Of a stretch of 64,000 nucleotides of DNA, positions 47,389 to 59,001 are shown in pieces. Position 1 is the first letter of the stretch, and each line of letters starts with the position of its first letter. Both the position numbers and the translations under genes were made by a program. A model generated the notes under the pieces. That model had not been told where the DNA came from, made no database searches, and saw only the letters and a list, made by a program, of their open reading frames with translations. The DNA is from an uncultured Candidatus Saccharibacteria bacterium (GTDB lineage Bacteria > Patescibacteriota > Minisyncoccia > Phycocordibacterales > UBA12088), in contig CAZLUD010000002.1 in NCBI GenBank assembly GCA_964562615.1, positions 17,907-81,906 of the forward strand, read 5' to 3'.

Positions 47389-48122
47389 TAGTAGTAGGTT
47401 GGTTTTTGGACCTGTTCGGTTTCAATAGTTATATCATCAAACGAACGCTCTTGTCTTGCTGATAGTATCCCTCGTTTAACAAGTTCAAGAATGGCAAGAA
47501 ACGATACAATGACATGTGCTCTGTCACCTCTTTTATACCCTGAAATTTCATGAAAGCTCTCAGAGAGCGTGCGGGTAATACGTTTTGTAAGCCCGTCAAT
47601 CATAGCCTCAAGAGTCATCACCTTCTTTACGATTGCAGTCGGCGTGTCTTCCTTTTTTTTCGGCAAGCTTGTGATTACCTGTCGCATTCCTTCATGAAGT
47701 GATTGAGTGTTGATGCGAGCGTGAGGTGAAAATACAACTTCCTCAGTTGTGACACCGTCACTCATAAACATCACCTTTTTAAACAGTGGCTTTAATGTTG
47801 AGCTGACCTGTGTAAAGAGTTGATGCATGCGCAATCGCCGCTCCAGATCATCAACATTGTGTTGCTCTTCTTCAGTAAGGGTAAGAATGGGAAGAAGTGA
47901 TTTTGATTTTATAAGTACTAAGGTTGATGCGACAAGGATAAAGTGCGCCGTCTTTGCCATGGGATATTCGGTGTGTTGCTCTAAAAACGAGATAAAGTCA
48001 TCAGCCACCGCGGCAAGCGAAATATCATTGATGAGGAGTTTGCGTTTTTCGATAAGAGATAACAGTAGGTCGAGTGGCCCCTCAAATACATCGGTTTTTA
48101 TATCTACGGTTTCTTGTTGCAC
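47388..48122 (-). CDS. scpA: Segregation and condensation protein A
   Basis: ScpA kleisin conserved N- and C-terminal regions. Confidence 0.85.
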   Translation of the reverse strand: MQQETVDIKTDVFEGPLDLLLSLIEKRKLLINDISLAAVADDFISFLEQHTEYPMAKTAHFILVASTLVLIKSKSLLPILTLTEEEQHNVDDLERRLRMHQLFTQVSSTLKPLFKKVMFMSDGVTTEEVVFSPHARINTQSLHEGMRQVITSLPKKKEDTPTAIVKKVMTLEAMIDGLTKRITRTLSESFHEISGYKRGDRAHVIVSFLAILELVKRGILSARQERSFDDITIETEQVQKPTYY

Positions 48123-48128
48123 ACAATA

Positions 48129-49460
48129 TTATGATGAGAGAAGGGTGTCTATTCTGTTCATGTCCCTAGGAAATAGTGTTGCCTCTTTAGCGTTAGATAG
48201 GCCAAGAAACTTTTGGGTAAGTCGCTCTAGCCCCATACCCCACCCTCCATGAGGAGGCATGCCATATTTGAATGCTTGCAGATAAAACTCAAAGAGAGCA
48301 GGATCAAGTTTTTTTGCTTTAAGTTTTTCTATGTACTCATCGTAGACATGGATGCGCTGTCCGCCAGTGGTTATTTCTACCCCTCTAAAGAGTAGGTCAA
48401 AGCTTTTGGTATATCCTGGGTCTTCTTTGTCCTCGTGGGTATAGAATGGCCTTTTTGATATAGGGTAATGCGTGACAAACACATAGTCAGAATCAAGGTG
48501 TTCATTCGCATACTCGCAAAGCCATCGCTCATCTTCAGGATTTAGGTCAGGTTCGTCTAGGGTATCTCTACCTGTTTTTTCCTTGATGAGTGCTTGTGCT
48601 TCTTTAAGCTTCATGACGGGGAATGTCTCTGGTGCCTTTGGAAAGGTTGCCCCAAGAGTAGCAAATGCGTCCGCGCAGGTAGTTTTTAGGTGCGCAATAA
48701 TATGGTGCATGAGTTTAGTTTCTAGTCTCATGATGTCCTCGTGGCTCTTGATAAAGCCCATTTCAATATCAAGCGAGGTGTACTCATTAAGGTGTCGTGA
48801 GGTGCTGTGTTTTTCTGCTCGAAACACATTACCAATAGCAAATACTCGCTCAAATACGCCAACCATTATTTGCTTATAGAGCTGTGGGCTCGTAGCAAGA
48901 AACGCATCTTGCCCTTTGAAGTATTCAAGCTTGAATACGTTACCTCCTCCTTCTGCGTCACCACCGACAATTTTAGGTGCCATAAATTCGGTAAATCCTT
49001 CCGCGGTAAGAAATTCTCGGTAGGCACGTATTATTTCGTGCTGCACTTTAAAAATAGCTCGCTCACGTGGTCTTCGTAGGGTAAGTGGTCTTGTGTCAAA
49101 GAGTGTATCAAGGTTAAGTTCCGCGTTAGCGTCAAATGGTAGTTCACGCGCACTTCCTAGTACGTGAAGGTGAGTAATTTCAAGCTCGATGTCACCATTA
49201 GCTTGGCTAGCAACAACCATTTTATCTGGTCGCTTATTAACGATGCCTTTCATTTCTACCACCCATTGTTCTTTAACCATCGCTGCGCTTTCAGCAACTC
49301 CTTCATGGGATGGAAGGATGACTGCTTGCACCTCGCCTGATCTGTCATGAATATCAAAAAATACCAGCTTGCCGTGATCTCTGCGAACAAGTATTGATCC
49401 TTGTACAAATACTTCTTTACCGAGGTGAGCGTGCAATTCGCTTAGTAGTGTTCGTTCCAT
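48129..49460 (-). CDS. Class IIb aminoacyl-tRNA synthetase (AsnRS or archaeal-type, possibly non-discriminating AspRS)
   Basis: FRAEKHSTSRHLNEYTSLDIE and the C-terminal GGWGMGLERL motif. Confidence 0.8.
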   Translation of the reverse strand: MERTLLSELHAHLGKEVFVQGSILVRRDHGKLVFFDIHDRSGEVQAVILPSHEGVAESAAMVKEQWVVEMKGIVNKRPDKMVVASQANGDIELEITHLHVLGSARELPFDANAELNLDTLFDTRPLTLRRPRERAIFKVQHEIIRAYREFLTAEGFTEFMAPKIVGGDAEGGGNVFKLEYFKGQDAFLATSPQLYKQIMVGVFERVFAIGNVFRAEKHSTSRHLNEYTSLDIEMGFIKSHEDIMRLETKLMHHIIAHLKTTCADAFATLGATFPKAPETFPVMKLKEAQALIKEKTGRDTLDEPDLNPEDERWLCEYANEHLDSDYVFVTHYPISKRPFYTHEDKEDPGYTKSFDLLFRGVEITTGGQRIHVYDEYIEKLKAKKLDPALFEFYLQAFKYGMPPHGGWGMGLERLTQKFLGLSNAKEATLFPRDMNRIDTLLSS

Positions 49461-49470
49461 AGAGTGAGTG

Positions 49471-50502
49471 TTATAGATGTAGTGATAACGCTGTTTTAAC
49501 TTCTGTAAGTGTTTCTGATGCTATTGACCGTACCTTTTCATTGCCCTCCTTAAGAATAGTGTGGATAATATCGGGGTTAGTACGGTAGTAGGTGTGGCGC
49601 TCTCGTATTGGCTCAAGGAATCTATTCATTACGTCTACGAGATAGCGTTTAACCTCAACATCTCCCACCTTACCTTCTTTGTACCGATCTTTAAAGTCAT
49701 CAATGATAGTTTTGTCCTCTGCGGTACTAAAGGTGTCTAGATATATAAATACAGGGTTGCCATCTACCGTGCCTTTGTCAGTGGCTTTAATCCTCGTAGG
49801 ATCGGTATACATAGTCATAACTTTTTTCTCAACCTCTTCTTTTGATTCTGACAAAAATATAGTGTTGCCGAGTGACTTGCTCATTTTTGGATTGCCATCG
49901 GTACCAATGAGTTTTCCTACTCTGCCAATTTTTGCCATTGGTTCAGGAAAAATTTCTTTTTTACACACGACATTGAGTGCGCGAGCAATTTCTCTGGCTT
50001 GTTCAAGGTGCGCCTCTTGATCTATGCCGACTGGTACTAATTCTCCTTTGACGGCAAGAATATCTGCCGCTTGATACATAGGATAATTGACAAAGCCAAG
50101 TGAAAACTGCTCTCCAAGACCTTTCATTACTATTTCGTCTTTGATGGTTGGATTCCTAAGTGCGGTAGCGTGAGATACATACATTGAAAAAAGTGCGGAG
50201 AGTTCGTATATCTCAGGAATAGCTGATTCTACAAAGATGGTTGCCTTTTCGGGCATAAGGCCAGCAGCAAGATTGTCTATTGCGACATGGGTAGTGTATT
50301 CACCGATGGATGAAGGGTCCTTGGATAGAGTGGTAAATGCATGAAGGTCAGCAATGACGATAAATGTCTCATAGTCATGCTGCAAAGATGCCCTGTTTTC
50401 AAGCGTTCCTACATAGTGGCCTAGATGAAGTTTGCCCGTCGGAGTGTCCCCGGTGAGTATTCTACTCCCCTTTTTAGGCATGGTGTCGATATCGCGTTCC
50501 AT
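49471..50502 (-). CDS. trpS: Tryptophanyl-tRNA synthetase
   Basis: TGDTPTGKLHLGH and KMSKSLGN motifs. Confidence 0.9.
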   Translation of the reverse strand: MERDIDTMPKKGSRILTGDTPTGKLHLGHYVGTLENRASLQHDYETFIVIADLHAFTTLSKDPSSIGEYTTHVAIDNLAAGLMPEKATIFVESAIPEIYELSALFSMYVSHATALRNPTIKDEIVMKGLGEQFSLGFVNYPMYQAADILAVKGELVPVGIDQEAHLEQAREIARALNVVCKKEIFPEPMAKIGRVGKLIGTDGNPKMSKSLGNTIFLSESKEEVEKKVMTMYTDPTRIKATDKGTVDGNPVFIYLDTFSTAEDKTIIDDFKDRYKEGKVGDVEVKRYLVDVMNRFLEPIRERHTYYRTNPDIIHTILKEGNEKVRSIASETLTEVKTALSLHL

Positions 50503-50586
50503 ATACCTATACTATCAAAATCCAGCTTTTTTTCCATGAATATAAAAGTTTTTGGAGCCGGCGCGCACGCGCCGGCTCCAAGTGTC

Positions 50587-51342
50587 CTATGTGTTATTCT
50601 CTACCCAATCAAATATTTCTTCTTGAAGAATGTCGTTATCTGTATGGCAAGGCATGTGCCCTGCACCTTTGACAGAGATTAGGTCGCAGTTGACACCTTG
50701 TCGTAGTAACTGTTCTGCCATTCTTTGTTGGGTACTTGTTCGTACCCACCTATCCTTTTCGCCTACGACTACTAATATTGGTACTCTTCCAAGTGCTTTG
50801 AACCTAACCTGTGGTCCCGCGTTAAAGAGTAGGTCGCGACACTCCTTTCCTGATATGGGAAGCCTGGCATCTATTTGACGCCTTCTTTCCTGCACCTCGA
50901 GTTCTCGCAATGCTACTCTGAAGTAATCTAGCTCACTGACATCAAATAATTCCCCCATATAAATTGGCCACAAATATTTCATCATCACTGCACTGCATGT
51001 TAGGGTTTGTGGAAACATCGTAAACGGAGCCGGGGAAATTGCAATTATCCCCTTTACCTTTTTTGGCAACTGAGACGCTGCTACTATGCAAGCCTTAGCG
51101 CCGGCGCTTGTGCCAACTAGTAGCGACTTCTCACGTTGTTGTTGAAGAGATTCAACAACCTTATTTACTCTATCTTCAAACCCCCATCCATGGTGAGGGG
51201 TAGTACAAATTACCTCGCTGTATCCAAAATACTTGGGCAGTGCCGCCCTGCTCTGCCCAATCCCACCGACACCAATGATAGCCATTTTGTATCTCCCTTG
51301 GGCTCTCCACCATGAAGAACCGCCTGAAGCGTTATATAACAA
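50587..51342 (-). CDS. Alpha/beta-hydrolase fold protein
   Basis: GTSAG nucleophile elbow. The real start may be the internal MAIIGVGG. Confidence 0.6.
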   Translation of the reverse strand: MLYNASGGSSWWRAQGRYKMAIIGVGGIGQSRAALPKYFGYSEVICTTPHHGWGFEDRVNKVVESLQQQREKSLLVGTSAGAKACIVAASQLPKKVKGIIAISPAPFTMFPQTLTCSAVMMKYLWPIYMGELFDVSELDYFRVALRELEVQERRRQIDARLPISGKECRDLLFNAGPQVRFKALGRVPILVVVGEKDRWVRTSTQQRMAEQLLRQGVNCDLISVKGAGHMPCHTDNDILQEEIFDWVENNT

Positions 51343-51366
51343 AAATGATTATGTGTAAATACCTTA

Positions 51367-53019
51367 CTATGGCAAGGTAGTAAGCTCTATGTGAAAAATA
51401 GATCCTTTATTTCTTCCTTCTGATTCGACCCAAATTACCCCACTGTGTGCTTGTACCATTTCTTTTGCGACGTATAGTCCTAACCCTGTGCCGTGCACAT
51501 TTGTAGTGTTTGCGTTATCTGCGCGTTGAAACTTTGCAAAAAGTTGCCACTGATCTTCTTTTGAAATACCAATACCAGAATCTTTGATATCAAGATGGAG
51601 CACTGGTCGATTTGCCTCACGAGAGAGGCGTACTTCAACAAATCCCTTCTCGGTATATTTGAGTGCGTTATCAATTAAGTTTGATACTACTTGTCGAAGT
51701 TTTCCTTCATCACCATGTATCATAAATCCTCGTGGATGTGTTACCACAATAAATCTAAAATCAACGCCTTTAGCCTTAGCGACTCGTGCCATGTTTTCAA
51801 TCACCTTTTCTGTGGTTTTATGAAAATCAAAGTCACTCATTTGGAATTTCATTCTCCCTTGTTCAATACGAGAAATATTGAGAAAATCCTCTACCATGTC
51901 TGCCATTGCCTTTCCTGATTCAGCAATACGCTCCATAGCTTCACGTATTGATGGCGGCACCTTACCAAACGAACCATCAAGAATAAGTGACGCGTACCCA
52001 CGGATTGCGGCAGTAGGCGCACGAAGCTGGTGTGATGCTACAGAGACAAATTCTGTCTTCTGTTTATCAAGGACAGTAAGCCTTCTGTTTGCCTCCTCGA
52101 GCTTATCAAGTGTTTGCTGCAGTTCTTCCCTTGTGTGTATTTCTTTTTTAACGCTTTGGATAATGAATACACCAAGACCAATTGATGCAAATAACGAGAC
52201 GATGTTAATAACTTGCTCAGTAGTGTTTTGCGAAGCAAACAATCTGAACATAAACAAAAGCCAAATACCAAAAGTGAGTAGCTCTGTTGCAACGATTTTT
52301 ATATCAAACAGTTTATGTCGAACTATCGCGTAAAAAATAAAGCCAACAAATAGAATGGTTGAGGCATTGCCAAACCAGTTAAGAGCAAATATCCCATACC
52401 AAGGAAGTATAAGATTGGTGATGAGACTTACTCCCGAGGCGGTAAAGGTACCAACAAAAAGAAACAATGATTGAATACGCATTGTTCTATCAGGATGCGT
52501 AATAAACTGTCGGAGCAAGAGATAAAAACCCCACCCAAAACCAATTAAAAAGTATGTGACATACATGGCATAAAAATCACCAAAAATGATGATTTTTTCG
52601 CCTTGCGGAGGAATAACGATATCGGTGACAAAGTAGCCAGTAAAATACGAGACATAGCCAATCGCAACAGCGAATAATACGGCTAACGAACGAACGCTCC
52701 TATGCGTAAAGATGGAGCGCGGCATGCCGCTATAGATGTAGGCAAATACTACAAATAATGCAGGAATAGTAACCGGAACAAGGTATAGTAGCTTTAAGGC
52801 AAGTAGTGCATCCTCATATACCGCAGTTGAGCGGTAGTAGATTATGACAAATGTCCACGCAGACACACATACTGCAAGCACACAAAATGCGGTGTACAAC
52901 GAACGCATCTTTCCTTTGTTGAAAAATACCACCGTGCCAAATATCATATTGATAATAGCAACCGCAAGTAGTATTGCGTTCGTTAATGCAAAAAATGGAT
53001 CAGTACCAAATGGTATCAT
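51367..53019 (-). CDS. Membrane sensor histidine kinase
   Basis: About 7 N-terminal TM helices, HisKA motif ASHQLRAPT, HATPase_c. No adjacent response regulator. Confidence 0.85.
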   Translation of the reverse strand: MIPFGTDPFFALTNAILLAVAIINMIFGTVVFFNKGKMRSLYTAFCVLAVCVSAWTFVIIYYRSTAVYEDALLALKLLYLVPVTIPALFVVFAYIYSGMPRSIFTHRSVRSLAVLFAVAIGYVSYFTGYFVTDIVIPPQGEKIIIFGDFYAMYVTYFLIGFGWGFYLLLRQFITHPDRTMRIQSLFLFVGTFTASGVSLITNLILPWYGIFALNWFGNASTILFVGFIFYAIVRHKLFDIKIVATELLTFGIWLLFMFRLFASQNTTEQVINIVSLFASIGLGVFIIQSVKKEIHTREELQQTLDKLEEANRRLTVLDKQKTEFVSVASHQLRAPTAAIRGYASLILDGSFGKVPPSIREAMERIAESGKAMADMVEDFLNISRIEQGRMKFQMSDFDFHKTTEKVIENMARVAKAKGVDFRFIVVTHPRGFMIHGDEGKLRQVVSNLIDNALKYTEKGFVEVRLSREANRPVLHLDIKDSGIGISKEDQWQLFAKFQRADNANTTNVHGTGLGLYVAKEMVQAHSGVIWVESEGRNKGSIFHIELTTLP

Positions 53020-54152
53020 AGGTGAAGCGAACGCATGTGTTCGACATCACTATCACTATAAACCCTTTTGTTGTTCTGAAAAACTCCACTTTCAAAAGAA
53101 AACTGCGTAGCGACCTCTTTAAGCTCTTGTACGGTATCCATATCTATTTTTCTAAACTCACCAAGTGAGCTTCCACGCACGTGTGACATCTCATTAAGTA
53201 GCAATGCTTCTGCAAGACAACTGTAGATTGTTGAGGAATCTTTAAGTCCCATGTCAAAAGGGATTTTGACATGGGGAGTACGTACTGCTCCCCCTGAGAG
53301 TATGAGTAAGTCATCTCGCATCAGTAGTGCCTCATCTACATCAGATGGTTGCGCGTCATCAACAATAATAACTCCTGGTGCAACATGCTCACTCATAATG
53401 AGTGCCCCCTCTTTGCTGGTTGCGGTCACAATTACGTGTGAGCCTTTTACGTCATTAAGATTGTCGGAGATGGTAACGGAGGCTTTTTTGTTGTGTTCTT
53501 TTATATACGAGTGAATTTCTTCCATCCTCTCTTTCTTATTGGAAAGGTCAATAAGTATAAAATTGGTATACCCCCAGTAAGAAAGTATTTGTGCTACTGC
53601 AGAGCCTATTGATCCTGCGGCACCAACAATAGAAACAACTATTGTCTCTTTGTTGCGTGAGAGTGCGCTGACCCCTCGCTCGACCAGTGTTGCCACATTA
53701 AGTGAGGTAAAAAGTCTCCCGGTAGTTATTCGTGGGGTTGCGTCGGTAGCAGCAAGCAATGTACCGCCGTGGGTAAGTGAAGCAGTGAGCGCGCCGAGTC
53801 CAACTACTCGAGCACCACGCTTATGCGCATAGGCATACGCATCTTGTATATACCGAACTGCTCTCTTTCTATCGTCAAGCATCTGCTTTGCGGTAAGTGG
53901 TATAGAAAGCACGATACCTTCATTACGCTTCTCACCTACATGTATTGGTGCAACGCTGACCACCCAAAATCGCTTCATGAGTGCTCGTACAAGTGGGAGG
54001 GGAAGAAAACGAAGGAATGGAAATTTTTTAATGGTGTCCTCTTCGGTTCGTGGATGGACAATAAATGCTACGTGCACCTTACGTGATGGCGTGCTCCACG
54101 GAACAAGCTGATAGTATATATCTTGTAAAAGAAAATACAGCGATTTAGGCAT
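53016..54152 (-). CDS. Acyl-ACP reductase (AAR)-like NAD(P)-dependent oxidoreductase. The track ORF extends to 54245; start placed at MPKSL
   Basis: Block similarity to cyanobacterial AAR: VGAAGSIGSAVAQIL Rossmann motif, TTGRLFTS, and CLAEALLL. Confidence 0.55.
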   Translation of the reverse strand: MPKSLYFLLQDIYYQLVPWSTPSRKVHVAFIVHPRTEEDTIKKFPFLRFLPLPLVRALMKRFWVVSVAPIHVGEKRNEGIVLSIPLTAKQMLDDRKRAVRYIQDAYAYAHKRGARVVGLGALTASLTHGGTLLAATDATPRITTGRLFTSLNVATLVERGVSALSRNKETIVVSIVGAAGSIGSAVAQILSYWGYTNFILIDLSNKKERMEEIHSYIKEHNKKASVTISDNLNDVKGSHVIVTATSKEGALIMSEHVAPGVIIVDDAQPSDVDEALLMRDDLLILSGGAVRTPHVKIPFDMGLKDSSTIYSCLAEALLLNEMSHVRGSSLGEFRKIDMDTVQELKEVATQFSFESGVFQNNKRVYSDSDVEHMRSLHL

Positions 54153-54927
54153 GCTGGTTGTGGTTATATAGCGCACGCGATACATCACTATGCGCCATGC
54201 TGGTACTGGTAATGGTGTATTTGAGTGATTTAATTTTTTCTCCAAGTACTATAGCCGCGTTTTTGTAGTCATCTAGTAAAGGAAATTCTGGCAACTGCTC
54301 GTGGTAATAGATAGGATCACCAAATACGACCTTGAGTGTTAGACGCGCTTTAAAAAAAGAAGAAAATGACGCGTGATAACATTCAGATATATATACTGGC
54401 ACCACCGGTACCTGTAGATAATGAGAAAGAAATACTACTCCTCCGCGAGGCTTTTTTGGTTCTGGGTCAGTTAATTTTTCAATACCGAATGGAAAAATAG
54501 TAATACTCTCTCGTGTTTTACCTATAGTAATAAAATTTCTGAGTGAATAAACATAGTCTTGCTTACCAGGATATGCGGGATATGCACCCCAGATATTAAA
54601 AAAGGTATCTCCATATAGATACCCTTTCCATCCTTTCCAATCGTAAATCTTTTGTTCGCGCGCTACATAAAACATAGGAGCAAATCGCGAGAACCATGGT
54701 AGCGCCGCTCTGATGGCTATCGGGTCCAAGTGACTCGTGTGGTTGATAGCAAAAATAACTCCTTTGGGTAAACGGGATATTTTTTTATAGCCAAACACCT
54801 CAAAATCACACAAAATCCAAAATAGTACTCGGGCGATTGGCCACGCAATAGTTTGTAATAATAACGGAAGTATTGATCTAAAATTTATCTGCATAATTTT
54901 AAACAGAGTACGGGAATTATCATCCAT
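54145..54927 (-). CDS. plsC: 1-acyl-sn-glycerol-3-phosphate acyltransferase-like (LPLAT, PlsC family)
   Basis: NHTSHLD (HX4D) and FPEG-like motifs. Confidence 0.75.
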   Translation of the reverse strand: MDDNSRTLFKIMQINFRSILPLLLQTIAWPIARVLFWILCDFEVFGYKKISRLPKGVIFAINHTSHLDPIAIRAALPWFSRFAPMFYVAREQKIYDWKGWKGYLYGDTFFNIWGAYPAYPGKQDYVYSLRNFITIGKTRESITIFPFGIEKLTDPEPKKPRGGVVFLSHYLQVPVVPVYISECYHASFSSFFKARLTLKVVFGDPIYYHEQLPEFPLLDDYKNAAIVLGEKIKSLKYTITSTSMAHSDVSRALYNHNQHA

Positions 54928-55382
54928 AGGACGCTCTGGATACTACCAACAAATAGTGTTTGCATCGACTCACTAAAGGTAAACAGGGATTGAAATGTTG
55001 TTGCGGTGAGAAGTAGAGAGAAAAGTAACCCGGTTGAAAGTATTCCAAGAATAATTATCTCAAACCACTTTTTGGGACCACTGCCATGATAAAACGACCC
55101 AATTACCGATCGAATTGGTAGATAGATAAGCACGATAAGGGTGATAAAGACAAGCACACTCACGTGGTGGTGAGTAAGGTATGGTGAAAGAAGAGTGGCT
55201 ACTAACGGTGTAAGCAGTGCGCTTGGGTACATGGCAATAATCACCGCAAAAAGTGCTTGCTTACCTTTCCATACAGCGATAGCAACCATAAGAGTAACCA
55301 GCGCTACGGCAAGTAATATATCCTTAGGCACTTCTAGAAAGTGCTCGGTAATCATGGATACGTATGTGGTTGCGGTTTGCAT
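54885..55382 (-). CDS. Hypothetical membrane protein
   Basis: About 5 predicted TM helices. Confidence 0.45.
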   Translation of the reverse strand: MQTATTYVSMITEHFLEVPKDILLAVALVTLMVAIAVWKGKQALFAVIIAMYPSALLTPLVATLLSPYLTHHHVSVLVFITLIVLIYLPIRSVIGSFYHGSGPKKWFEIIILGILSTGLLFSLLLTATTFQSLFTFSESMQTLFVGSIQSVLWMIIPVLCLKLCR

Positions 55383-55405
55383 GAAGTGTGCGCTTTTGCA
55401 CTACA

Positions 55406-56470
55406 CTATATCCCCTCTTTCTTTAGCTCTTCAATAAGTGCTCGTGATTTTCGGGAAAGCTTTTCAGGAATACCGATTTTAATCCTTAACAATAAGTCAC
55501 CTCGTTTTGATGCTGAAAGCACTACTCCTTTACCTTTAACTCGTAACAGCTCATTAAAGGAGACGCCTGGCGGTATCTTCACGGCAATATTACCATCAAG
55601 TGTCTCAACTGTATATGTCGCGCCAGTAATTGCGTCGGTAAGCTTTACATTTAGGTCCTTTATGATGTGTGCGCCCTCCTTTTTGTACTCTGCATCTTGT
55701 TTTACATGTATTTTTACATACAAATCACCAGGAGTACCCGCCTTTATTGCCTCGCCAAATCCAGACATTCGTATCATCTCACCATCATTTATTCCTGCAG
55801 GAACATGGATATCAATTTTTTCTTGTTTATAGAGCACCCCTTCTCCTTTACATGCCTCACACGCATGTTCAGGTTTTGTTCCTCTACCCGCGCAAGCGCT
55901 ACATGGTCTTGTTGCAGAAAACACACCAAACATGGTGTTCTTTGATTCGTGGATAACACCCGCGCCTGAACATGTCGTACAAGCTATCATTGCTGAACCA
56001 GTTTTTGCGCCTGATCCACTACAGGTAGTACATGTTGATGTTTTAGAGAGGGTTACTGATCTGGTGACACCAAATACTGATTCTTTGAATGACACCTCGA
56101 TATCAACCGATACATCACTTCCTCGTGATTGTCTGCGTTTACCTCCACCAAAGAAATCTCCAAAAATATCTCCTAAGTCAAACTCAACCGACCCATTCTG
56201 AAATCCAGAAAAATCAAATCCGTCAAAGCCTTGATTGTTGTTACCTTGTGCGCTATTACCACCAAATACCCTGCCGTAGGCATTGTATTCAGCTCGCCTT
56301 TTTTCATCTGAGAGGACCGAGTACGCCTCACTTATTTCTTTAAATTTTTTTTCGTCCCCGGTCTGCTTATCAGGGTGATATTTTTGAGCCAATTTTCTAA
56401 ATGCCTTTTTTATCTCCTCTTGGGTGGCATTCTTTTCTACTTCAAGAATTTTGTAATAGTCTTTTTTCAT
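55406..56470 (-). CDS. dnaJ: Chaperone DnaJ. Start placed at MKKDYYKIL; the track ORF extends to 56536
   Basis: J-domain containing HPD, a G/F region, and four CxxCxGxG zinc-finger repeats. Confidence 0.9.
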   Translation of the reverse strand: MKKDYYKILEVEKNATQEEIKKAFRKLAQKYHPDKQTGDEKKFKEISEAYSVLSDEKRRAEYNAYGRVFGGNSAQGNNNQGFDGFDFSGFQNGSVEFDLGDIFGDFFGGGKRRQSRGSDVSVDIEVSFKESVFGVTRSVTLSKTSTCTTCSGSGAKTGSAMIACTTCSGAGVIHESKNTMFGVFSATRPCSACAGRGTKPEHACEACKGEGVLYKQEKIDIHVPAGINDGEMIRMSGFGEAIKAGTPGDLYVKIHVKQDAEYKKEGAHIIKDLNVKLTDAITGATYTVETLDGNIAVKIPPGVSFNELLRVKGKGVVLSASKRGDLLLRIKIGIPEKLSRKSRALIEELKKEGI

Positions 56471-56471
56471 G

Positions 56472-58400
56472 TTACGAGGTTTGGTTTTTTCCATCCTCAG
56501 GTATGTCTGTTGCCTCAGCATCATGAACGGTACCATTTTCTGCTGGTTTCTCCTCGGCAGTATGTGGTGCGCTTTGTGCTGATTTCATTACTTCACCTAC
56601 TTTTTGTAGCTCATTGCTTAGTGTTGTAGTGCTATTTTTTATTGCTTCCATGTCGTTTTGAGAAAGCACGTCTCGTAGTGATGTAATGGCACCCTCTACC
56701 GCAGTCTTGGTATCAGCAGGGATAGCATCTTTGTGATCGGTAAGAGATTTTTGTGCGGTGTAGATAAGTTGCTCTGCAATGTTTTTTGCTTCAGCAAGGT
56801 CTTTCTTTTTCTTATCCTCGTCCGCATGACCTTCTGCGTCATCAGTCATTCGCTTGATATCAGCATCACTAAGTCCTGAGCTTGCTTCAATTCGAATAGT
56901 CTGTGTTTTGCCAGTCGTCTTGTCTTTTGCGGTAACATTGAGAATGCCGTTCGCATCAACATCAAATGCAACCTCAACCTGTGGCAGTCCGCGAGGTGCT
57001 GGTGGAATTCCTTCAAGGATAAATCGTCCGAGTGACTTGTTATCACTAGCCATCGCTCGTTCGCCTTGTACCACATGCACTTCGACACTAGTTTGGTTGT
57101 CTGCGGCGGTTGAAAATACTTGTGAGTTTTGTGTTGGTATGGTGGTGTTTCTGTTTATGATTTTTGTCGCTACACCACCCATGGTTTCGATGCCAAGAGA
57201 TAGCGGGATAACATCGAGTAGGAGAATATCTTTTACATCACCTTGAAGGATACCCGCCTGAATAGCAGCACCAAGAGCAACTACCTCATCCGGGTTAATG
57301 CTCTTGTTTGGTTCACGTCCAAAAAACTCTTTTACTGCCTCTTGTATCGCTGGCATTCGAGTTTGTCCACCAACAAGAATCACTTCATTAAGATCAGTTA
57401 CCTTAAATGGAGATGCCTCCATTGCTCGCTTTGTGATAGCAATGGCCTTATCGATATATGGTCGTGCAAGCGTCTCAAGGGTTGCCCTCGTCATGTTCAT
57501 GAGAAGGTGCTTTGGTCCATCCTCACCTGAGGTAATAAATGGAATATTGATTTCTGTTTGCTGTGTTGTTGAAAGCTCGTGCTTCGCCTTTTCTGCCGCC
57601 TCATCAAGTCGTTGTACTGCAAGCGGGTCTTTGAGTAGATCTACCCCCTGTGTTTTCTTAAATTCTGATGCAATCCATTCAACAATCTTTTGATCAATGT
57701 CGCGTCCACCCATAAAGGCGTCACCGTCCGTTGCCTTTACTTCAATAACATCATCTCCTACTTCCAAAATTGATACGTCGAATGTACCGCCGCCAAAGTC
57801 AAAGACAGCAATCTTTTCATCCTTCTTTTTATTAAAGCCATACGCAAGTGCCGCTGCAGTTGGTTCGTTGATGATTCGTTTTACTTCAAGGCCAGCGATT
57901 TTTCCTGCGTCCTTGGTAGCTTTTCGTTGTGCATCATCAAAGTATGCTGGTACGGTAATGATTGCTTCAGTTATTTTTTCTCCAAGCTTTGCTTCTGCAT
58001 CACTCTTTAGTTTTTGCAGTATCATTGCAGAGACTTCTTCAGGTCTGTACGTAGCGCCACTTAGTGTTACCTCTACACCACCGTCTGTCCCTGCCTTTAT
58101 TTCATACGGAAGCACGCCAGCGTTTTGAGTGACGATAGGATCATTAAAGCGGTGACCCATAAACCGTTTGATACCATAAATGGTGTTCTTTGGATTTGTT
58201 ACTGCTTGTCGACGCGCAACCACACCAACAAGGCGCTCTCCTGTCTTAGAAATGGCTGCGACAGAAGGAGTAGTTCTACTACCTTCGGTGTTTTCGATGA
58301 TAGCAGGCTCTGCGCCATCCATAATTGCCATTGCGCTATTTGTGGTGCCGAGATCAATTCCAAGTATTTTAGCCATAGTAGTGGTATTAACTGGTAACAA
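56472..58400 (-). CDS. dnaK: Chaperone DnaK (Hsp70)
   Basis: [18 protein letters not shown] and other Hsp70 signature motifs. Confidence 0.95.
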   Translation of the reverse strand: MLPVNTTTMAKILGIDLGTTNSAMAIMDGAEPAIIENTEGSRTTPSVAAISKTGERLVGVVARRQAVTNPKNTIYGIKRFMGHRFNDPIVTQNAGVLPYEIKAGTDGGVEVTLSGATYRPEEVSAMILQKLKSDAEAKLGEKITEAIITVPAYFDDAQRKATKDAGKIAGLEVKRIINEPTAAALAYGFNKKKDEKIAVFDFGGGTFDVSILEVGDDVIEVKATDGDAFMGGRDIDQKIVEWIASEFKKTQGVDLLKDPLAVQRLDEAAEKAKHELSTTQQTEINIPFITSGEDGPKHLLMNMTRATLETLARPYIDKAIAITKRAMEASPFKVTDLNEVILVGGQTRMPAIQEAVKEFFGREPNKSINPDEVVALGAAIQAGILQGDVKDILLLDVIPLSLGIETMGGVATKIINRNTTIPTQNSQVFSTAADNQTSVEVHVVQGERAMASDNKSLGRFILEGIPPAPRGLPQVEVAFDVDANGILNVTAKDKTTGKTQTIRIEASSGLSDADIKRMTDDAEGHADEDKKKKDLAEAKNIAEQLIYTAQKSLTDHKDAIPADTKTAVEGAITSLRDVLSQNDMEAIKNSTTTLSNELQKVGEVMKSAQSAPHTAEEKPAENGTVHDAEATDIPEDGKNQTS

Positions 58401-58929
58401 ATAAAATAACTTTAGCAGGTCGTATGAGTGTATGCTCGAGCTCTAATCCTTTTTGCATAACACTCGCAACAATATGATCTTCGCTAGGTGTCGAGGTGGG
58501 GGTAGTACCTACTGCTTCATGCCGGTGTGGGTCAAATGGTTCTCCGATAGGGTCTATAAGGGATACTCCGTACTGCGCTAATATTTTTAAAAATTGCCCT
58601 TGAACCTGTATGACGCCATCGCGTACCGCGTTCCCCTCGCCTGCCGACACGTCAATTTTAATTGCACTATCAAATGAGTCAAGAATGCTTGAGAGATCTC
58701 TTACGAGAGGAGTAATGGCAAGCTTTACTCGTCTGTCCGCATCCTCTTGCGCGGTGCGCTTGTAGTTTACCTGATCAGCGCGAGCTCGCTGCCATCCGAT
58801 AAGATGTTCGTCTCTTTCTTTCTGACATTGAAGTAATTTTTCACGCAACGACTTTACCGTATCACTGGTACCGAGTGAATCATCTTCAAAAATTAGGTCT
58901 TCTGACGTCTGTGATGTATCTTCTGACAT
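58387..58929 (-). CDS. grpE: Nucleotide exchange factor GrpE
   Basis: 180 aa, GrpE-like, upstream of dnaK. Confidence 0.85.
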   Translation of the reverse strand: MSEDTSQTSEDLIFEDDSLGTSDTVKSLREKLLQCQKERDEHLIGWQRARADQVNYKRTAQEDADRRVKLAITPLVRDLSSILDSFDSAIKIDVSAGEGNAVRDGVIQVQGQFLKILAQYGVSLIDPIGEPFDPHRHEAVGTTPTSTPSEDHIVASVMQKGLELEHTLIRPAKVILFVTS

Positions 58930-59001
58930 ACTACGTTTTTGTTACGAAAAAACTATACGTCTCGATAACGCCTGTGTCAAAACCAAGTGCGTATAGGAGA
59001 A

